Positions 46,401 to 49,592 of a stretch of 49,592 nt of DNA are shown here, one piece after another. Origin of the DNA: an uncultured Treponemataceae bacterium. Lineage in GTDB: Bacteria > Spirochaetota > Spirochaetia > Treponematales > Rectinemataceae. Under the pieces are notes generated by a model. That model worked only from the letters and a program-made list of their open reading frames with translations. It was not told where the DNA came from and made no database searches. Location of the stretch: assembly GCA_964410245.1 (NCBI GenBank), contig CAYPHO010000001.1, forward strand, positions 1 through 49,592. Direction: 5' to 3'. How positions within the stretch are numbered: the first letter of the stretch is position 1; every line of letters begins with the position of its first letter. Position numbers and translations under genes: made by a program.

Positions 46401-48704
46401 GCCCGTCAGCGCGATCGAGCGGAGTTCGATCTCCTCTTCCTTCGAAAGCGAGAAGGAGAAGATAGCGGCCTCGTCGGCCGGCACCGCCCTGCGATCGATC
46501 GCGCCGCCCTCCAGCGAGGCGGTGGCGGCCAAGGGCACGTTGTCCATGCGTACGGCGCCCCTGCCCGTCGAGCGGTCGAGGGTCGAGGCCGCAAGGTAGT
46601 ATCGGCCCGGGCGCAGCCAGGCGCGGATCGCGGCGTTCTTTCCGTAGCCGTTCGCCCTGGCCGAGAAGAGGCCCAGCCTAGACGCGCTGCGGATCGACAG
46701 CGAGGTCGACAGCCTTCCCAAAGTCTCGATGACGTAGACCCCGCTTTCCTTCACGGTGAAGGAATAGAGGGCGGTATCGGATCGGCCGAAGTCCCTCCAA
46801 TCGAGCTTCCCGGGAGAGAGGGCGGTCGTGCCCGAGCCGAAAGCCGTGGAGACGGGCGCGGGAAGATCGTCGAAGGACCTCGTCATCGAGAAGGCGGCGC
46901 CGAGATCGGCGGCCGAGGAATTGCGAAGCGACAGGGTCCGGTTGCCGGGGATGATTGTCCCCCCGTCGAGGGGCGCCTGCCCGCCCAGGGTCAAGCTTCC
47001 CTGGCCGGAGGCCCAGGCTAGGACGGAGCGGCTGGAGATCGAGCTGGGGAACTCGAGGCTCTCCCTGGGACCCAAGTCGAGCGATAGCCCGCCGTCGAGG
47101 GCTATCGGATAGGGCGTGAAGGAGTAGCCGAAGGCGCGGGACGGTCCGGGACCCGCCGTCACGTAATACGACCTTCCCGAGCTATCCGGGGCGATCGCCC
47201 AGGACATCGACTGCCTATTCTTGGGCGGCTCCTTCCCCAGGGCAGAGGACGACTTCCCTAATCCCTTCTTCTGCACCGCGAAGTCGAGCACTCCCAGGCT
47301 GCGCGCCGAGACCGTCAGGACGTAGTAGCCCTGGCGAAGCTCATAGGTCTCGGCCCATGCGGGCGCCGCTTTCGTCCCCGAAGCATAGCTCCTAAGGCTC
47401 GAGTCGAGCGAGCGCAGCGTGTAGAGGGCCGCGCCCTGCGTCTTCCCCTCCTTCTCGGCTATCTGGTAGGAGCCCTCCTCGTCCACGCGCAAGAGGACCT
47501 GTCTAGCGCCAGAATCCCCGAGATTGCATCGCGCCCTGAAGGGATCCGACCTGGTCAGGGGAATGGCGAAGTCGATGGCCACGGAAGCGTCTCCCCGCGA
47601 GTCGACGCGGTAGACGAGCCCGCTTAAGGGAAGCTCCGGAGCGTTGCTCCTGGCTCCGATGACCGTCAGGAGGCCGCCGGCCTTGGGAACGAAGCCCGCG
47701 GCCGAGGCCGGCTCGAGGCCGCGGAAGGCGTCGAGACGGAGCTTGTCGCCGGGCGCGGCCTCGACCCGAAGGAGGGCCTTGCCAGTAGGCACGCGGACGG
47801 AGCAGCGCAGGTCGATCGAATCCTTCCGGATGCCCGAGTTGCTGGAGGAAGCCAGGCGATCGCCGCCCGGGGAGTACGAGAGCGAGGCGAGGGAAGCGAG
47901 CCCCTCGGATTCCCGGGAGAGCCAGGACGTATCGACGTCCTCGACCATGATGAAGTCGCGTCCGAAGGGCGAGACGGAAAGATCCAGCCTGCCTCCGACC
48001 GGCATGTCGGCGAAGCCCGAGCGGACGTACAGGGGAGATCGGCCATCGTCCTTTTCCCATGGCCTGCGCTCCCCGCCGTACAGCCGCGCGAGGTAGAGCC
48101 CGGCCTTGGCCGGGACCGAGGCGCAGGCGTAGCCCATGGGCCTCCCCTCCTCGACCTGGCGGATCTCCCGCACGGGATAGGAGCCTAGTAGGTACTGCCC
48201 CTCGCGCCAGAGCTCCAGGACCGCTAAGTCCCGACCCAGGGCCTCGACCTCGACCGCCCCGTCCTCGCGCAGGTATATCCAATAGGAAGCCGACTGCAGG
48301 TCGGCGAGCGACCCGCCCACCGCCTTGCCGGGAATAAGCAGGGGCCACGCGGACTCCTTCGCGCCATTGACCTCCGCGAAGGCCCGGGCCTCGAGGCTAG
48401 GCCGTGCCCCCTCGGCATCCATACCCTCGACTCGAACCCTATACTCGCCCGGATCGAGGCTGATATCGATGCGGCCGTCCTTCGAGCCGAGGGAGCCGCT
48501 CCTCGCGATCTCCCCTTCCATCTTATCGTGCAGGCTGATCGGCACTCCCGTCGGCGACTTCGCGACGACGCTTACCCGAGCCGCCTTCCCGAGCGATAGG
48601 AGGGCCGCGTTCCCTTCCAGCGGCCCGAGCGCGACGCCCGATCCTGCCTGGGCGTACAAGGACGCCGCGAACGCGGCGGCGGCAATCGCGAAGAGTTTCC
48701 TCAT
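43440..48704 (-). CDS. Giant secreted protein (1,754 aa) built from repeated PPC-like beta-sandwich modules with an acidic Tyr-rich C-terminal tail
   Basis: The ORF has an ATG with GAGGT upstream and the signal peptide MRKLFAIAAAAFAASLYAQA. A recurring pattern (D/E..Y/W.F ... G.Y.[LIV].[LIV]) appears at least 10 times, e.g. DTALYSFTVKESGVYVIETLGR...LRPGRYYLAAS and REYQAWSFEAAAPG...LEAGSYLFVVKG. The tail is YVEDDYYGEDEYYEDGEYYEDEYYEGDYESEDYDNGR. The TAA stop lies 11 nt inside the A2M gene. Confidence 0.75.
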   Translation of the reverse strand: MRKLFAIAAAAFAASLYAQAGSGVALGPLEGNAALLSLGKAARVSVVAKSPTGVPISLHDKMEGEIARSGSLGSKDGRIDISLDPGEYRVRVEGMDAEGARPSLEARAFAEVNGAKESAWPLLIPGKAVGGSLADLQSASYWIYLREDGAVEVEALGRDLAVLELWREGQYLLGSYPVREIRQVEEGRPMGYACASVPAKAGLYLARLYGGERRPWEKDDGRSPLYVRSGFADMPVGGRLDLSVSPFGRDFIMVEDVDTSWLSRESEGLASLASLSYSPGGDRLASSSNSGIRKDSIDLRCSVRVPTGKALLRVEAAPGDKLRLDAFRGLEPASAAGFVPKAGGLLTVIGARSNAPELPLSGLVYRVDSRGDASVAIDFAIPLTRSDPFRARCNLGDSGARQVLLRVDEEGSYQIAEKEGKTQGAALYTLRSLDSSLRSYASGTKAAPAWAETYELRQGYYVLTVSARSLGVLDFAVQKKGLGKSSSALGKEPPKNRQSMSWAIAPDSSGRSYYVTAGPGPSRAFGYSFTPYPIALDGGLSLDLGPRESLEFPSSISSRSVLAWASGQGSLTLGGQAPLDGGTIIPGNRTLSLRNSSAADLGAAFSMTRSFDDLPAPVSTAFGSGTTALSPGKLDWRDFGRSDTALYSFTVKESGVYVIETLGRLSTSLSIRSASRLGLFSARANGYGKNAAIRAWLRPGRYYLAASTLDRSTGRGAVRMDNVPLAATASLEGGAIDRRAVPADEAAIFSFSLSKEEEIELRSIALTGGFQVRLEDEAGFPAYRGDGRTRLRLSAGRYLLYSLPVSIDTNRLTWVRSLEPPAIAAPVPGTRGLVLNFPASADWSEKAEPDRWSFSVPSPLLARLDLPAAFDAVLEGPGEKRGLGPDERGEIKLGRGAYTLSVRPRDKANQLRYSIGVYTSVLAPGVSGIAVSGSRPSSTGVSVPEDGFYELWSLGRSDVSARLYRMDEAGATLVDRSDDNGPDWNFDIVRRLKAGVYRLDVGSLAGSSEPVELRLTSRNAKSAVVAAAPYEGALRMDAEGVILPFDAKAGEGLYLIRAAADPQSGAPVSLRIYRGDDFIAAGEGQVAVPLRANARYSVYAWTPIPSRPTLSVKRLPEKQASISAPLSLKAGEAARMLNPDALSAVVASGALLVSPGLEIPCADPGAAPFSTYEAGGWAWAPDADSSTRSLALGEDNGAVLALSDLGQGFSVSSRDAAILVSVDTRGQFRCGVSAKESAAKGAPLFDWDASASWSQGSVALLPPGDWKARIWDGERGAAASGESPTRRAGAGVGYYAMASLPALKVGDKRTISVAPGQAIAMDAPACALSLLMGRDLVLSAWKGGEAYATAASLDERKADTIALGACVLIVANTGSAESSLRLSVMPPGPAGSGELSASRSFEAVGIPPEGVALVVKASEGDLLCLAGDECEAELEAADGSYAKLIHDPASGLYSSMAAASGRLRLRSASGGLARAYLAKKGKEVEGLIEQGKSATRALDGAATLTGKGDAFDLTMKAPGYVDLSCPGPGVLSLSGGSIERRVALSGSREDMHLFAWLPAGKYSVWQRPARGAAAGGYIRADRVESRPAADAVGTSAFIGVREYQAWSFEAAAPGRVGVGVKAETDGLTGFLYDSRQGLVAEGPLCFPVLEAGSYLFVVKGLDSAPIEYELALEGLDGSRVGVPREVVDRYKSEGGASASISVPMTRRSASSQGGRDRYVEDDYYGEDEYYEDGEYYEDEYYEGDYESEDYDNGR

Positions 48705-48730
48705 GTCGACCTCGATTCGATCGTCCGATT

Positions 48731-48770
48731 TGGCGTATACATTAGATATCGGTAATATATACCGTAAGAG
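48731..48770. promoter_or_regulatory. AT-rich palindrome-containing core of the divergent promoter region between the giant-protein operon and trxA
   Basis: Within the 117-bp intergenic region are GTATAC, GATATC and CGGTA-ATATA-TACCG (48750-48764, 5-bp arms). These include TAATAT/TATATT -10-like hexamers. Function is inferred only. Confidence 0.3.
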
Positions 48771-48821
48771 CGCCCGCTTCGATACCGCGGGAACGCTGAA
48801 CGACCGCTCGAAGGGGGAAAA

Positions 48822-49142
48822 ATGAGCGCTTTGAAAGAGCTGAACGAAGCGAATTTCGACCAGGAAACCGCGAACGGGCTCGTAATGGTAGATTTCTGGG
48901 CCGCTTGGTGCGGTCCCTGCCGGATGCAGACTCCCATCCTCGAATCCGTAGACAGAAAAATCGGTACGAAGGTCAAAATCCGCAAGCTGAACGTCGACGA
49001 TGCCCCGAACGTCGCGGCGCGCTTCGGCATCCAGAGCATCCCGACCATCCTCGTCTTCAAGGACGGCAAGGTCGCCCAGAACCTCGTAGGCCTTCAGACC
49101 GAGGTCACTCTCGTTTCGATCGCGGATTCGCTGTCTAAATAG
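48822..49142 (+). CDS. trxA: Thioredoxin
   Basis: A 106-aa ORF with the WCGPC active site and typical thioredoxin sequence (FGIQSIPTILVFKDGK). AAGGGGG lies upstream of the ATG. Confidence 0.9.
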   Translation: MSALKELNEANFDQETANGLVMVDFWAAWCGPCRMQTPILESVDRKIGTKVKIRKLNVDDAPNVAARFGIQSIPTILVFKDGKVAQNLVGLQTEVTLVSIADSLSK

Positions 49143-49179
49143 AAGATTCCGAGAAGCGCGCAGATCGGCGAACAGCGAA

Positions 49180-49211
49180 GGCCCCGGAGCGATCCGGGGC
49201 CTATGTTTTTT
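49180..49211 (+). terminator. Rho-independent terminator of trxA
   Basis: A perfect 9-bp stem GGCCCCGGA/TCCGGGGCC with a GCGA tetraloop, followed by TATGTTTTTT. Confidence 0.75.
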
Positions 49212-49213
49212 CC

Positions 49214-49425
49214 TTATAATAATTTAGTACGAATAAAGCCTTCAGCGAAGGGCCCCGGAAGAACCGCGCCGCTTCGCTTGTTTCCAAAGTAATCAGTGGC
49301 GAAAACTATATCCGTACCGTCAGAGTTCTCGTATCTCTCCTCGGGCTCGAAGGCTTTCCTAGCGTATCCGAATCGATCATCTTCGCGGCGAAGTCCTTAA
49401 TGTAGTCTTTAGTGCTCCTCATCAT
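49214..49425 (-). pseudogene. Possible small frameshifted ORF in the AT-rich right-edge segment
   Basis: The minus strand reads ATG ATG AGG... (MMRSTKDYIKDFAAKMIDSD...) and soon hits TAG. A protein-like reading continues in another frame (...RFGYARKAFEPEERYENSDGTDIVFATDYFGNKRSGAVLPGPFAEGFIRTKLL*, stop at 49214-49216), but that frame has no start codon of its own. The total length is not a multiple of 3. No family recognised. Confidence 0.2.
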
Positions 49426-49488
49426 TTGTCGCAAAAAATTGTATCAATAATTACATTACTCATCTCTTGCATCGATTGTGCCGGAAGC

Positions 49489-49592
49489 TTATGCATCGTC
49501 CGTAAAGAGCTTGATATAGGGCCCGAAACTGAACCGGCGATTCCTTGAGTAGCCCGTTATCTCTTGCAGGAGTCCCAGCGAGACGAAGCGCG
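49489..49592 (-). CDS. 3' end of an unidentified minus-strand ORF entering from beyond the window
   Basis: The only open minus-strand frame that looks protein-like gives ...RFVSLGLLQEITGYSRNRRFSFGPYIKLFTDDA*, with TAA at 49489-49491 (complement). It is too short to classify. Confidence 0.2.
   Translation of the reverse strand, partial: RFVSLGLLQEITGYSRNRRFSFGPYIKLFTDDA

Noticed and set aside
39095-47021. Long plus-strand ORFs inside the A2M and giant-protein genes (39095..41737 of 880 aa, 45348..47021 of 557 aa, 42818..43825, 44049..45092)
   Set aside because: They have the same Arg/Gly/Asp/Leu-rich antisense composition. They have no start context and are entirely overlapped by strongly supported minus-strand genes.
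1-49592. tRNA, rRNA, tmRNA, integrase, transposase, prophage or defence-system (restriction, CBASS, toxin-antitoxin, retron) genes
   Set aside because: None could be supported by reading both strands. RmuC here has its canonical housekeeping architecture (TM, coiled coil, nuclease-like domain), not a defence-island context. The only ambiguous spot is the degenerate AT-rich right edge, reported separately.

Overview
This is a high-GC bacterial chromosomal segment of 49,592 bp (roughly two-thirds G+C by eye). All calls rest on hand translation and remembered family motifs; no database or HMM search was possible. I support about 38 protein-coding genes, two of them apparently disrupted. I found no rRNA, tRNA, CRISPR array, or clear transposase or integrase. 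The many long Arg/Gly/Pro-rich ORFs antisense to good genes are GC artefacts.

Gene content, left to right:
1. A uronate/KDG catabolic cluster (kduD, kduI, a KdgF-like cupin, kdgK, and a divergent eda with an extra C-terminal domain).
2. A TRAP transporter (dctPQM), preceded by a sensor module: a YesM-like histidine kinase, an AraC-type response regulator, and a second DctP-type binding protein. The kinase carries two in-frame TAG codons.
3. An IclR regulator.
4. A tightly overlapped four-gene operon (SDR, flavodoxin/ferredoxin fusion, GT4 glycosyltransferase, SAM methyltransferase).
5. A DUF4139 secreted protein, slyX, a 5'-nucleotidase lipoprotein, and a frameshifted malQ.
6. A secreted GHL-type putative glycoside hydrolase plus a membrane metallophosphoesterase.
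7. A LUD-domain protein, a secreted VWA protein, and a minus-strand run of rmuC, LysE, a secreted hypothetical and an Aat-like gene.
8. A lower-GC patch holding a secreted hypothetical, a class D beta-lactamase and a translationally coupled ankyrin-repeat lipoprotein.
9. Three tandem palindromic hairpin units, then the most notable locus: a translationally coupled minus-strand operon. It encodes a 1,754-aa secreted protein built from repeated PPC-like modules with an extremely acidic Tyr-rich tail, a 1,929-aa thioester (CTEQ) alpha-2-macroglobulin, and PBP1C.
10. trxA with a clean terminator, then an AT-rich, apparently degenerate segment at the right edge.

The A2M/PBP1C pairing is established knowledge. 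The coupled giant repeat protein is, as far as I know, not part of the described system, and it is my lead candidate for something new.
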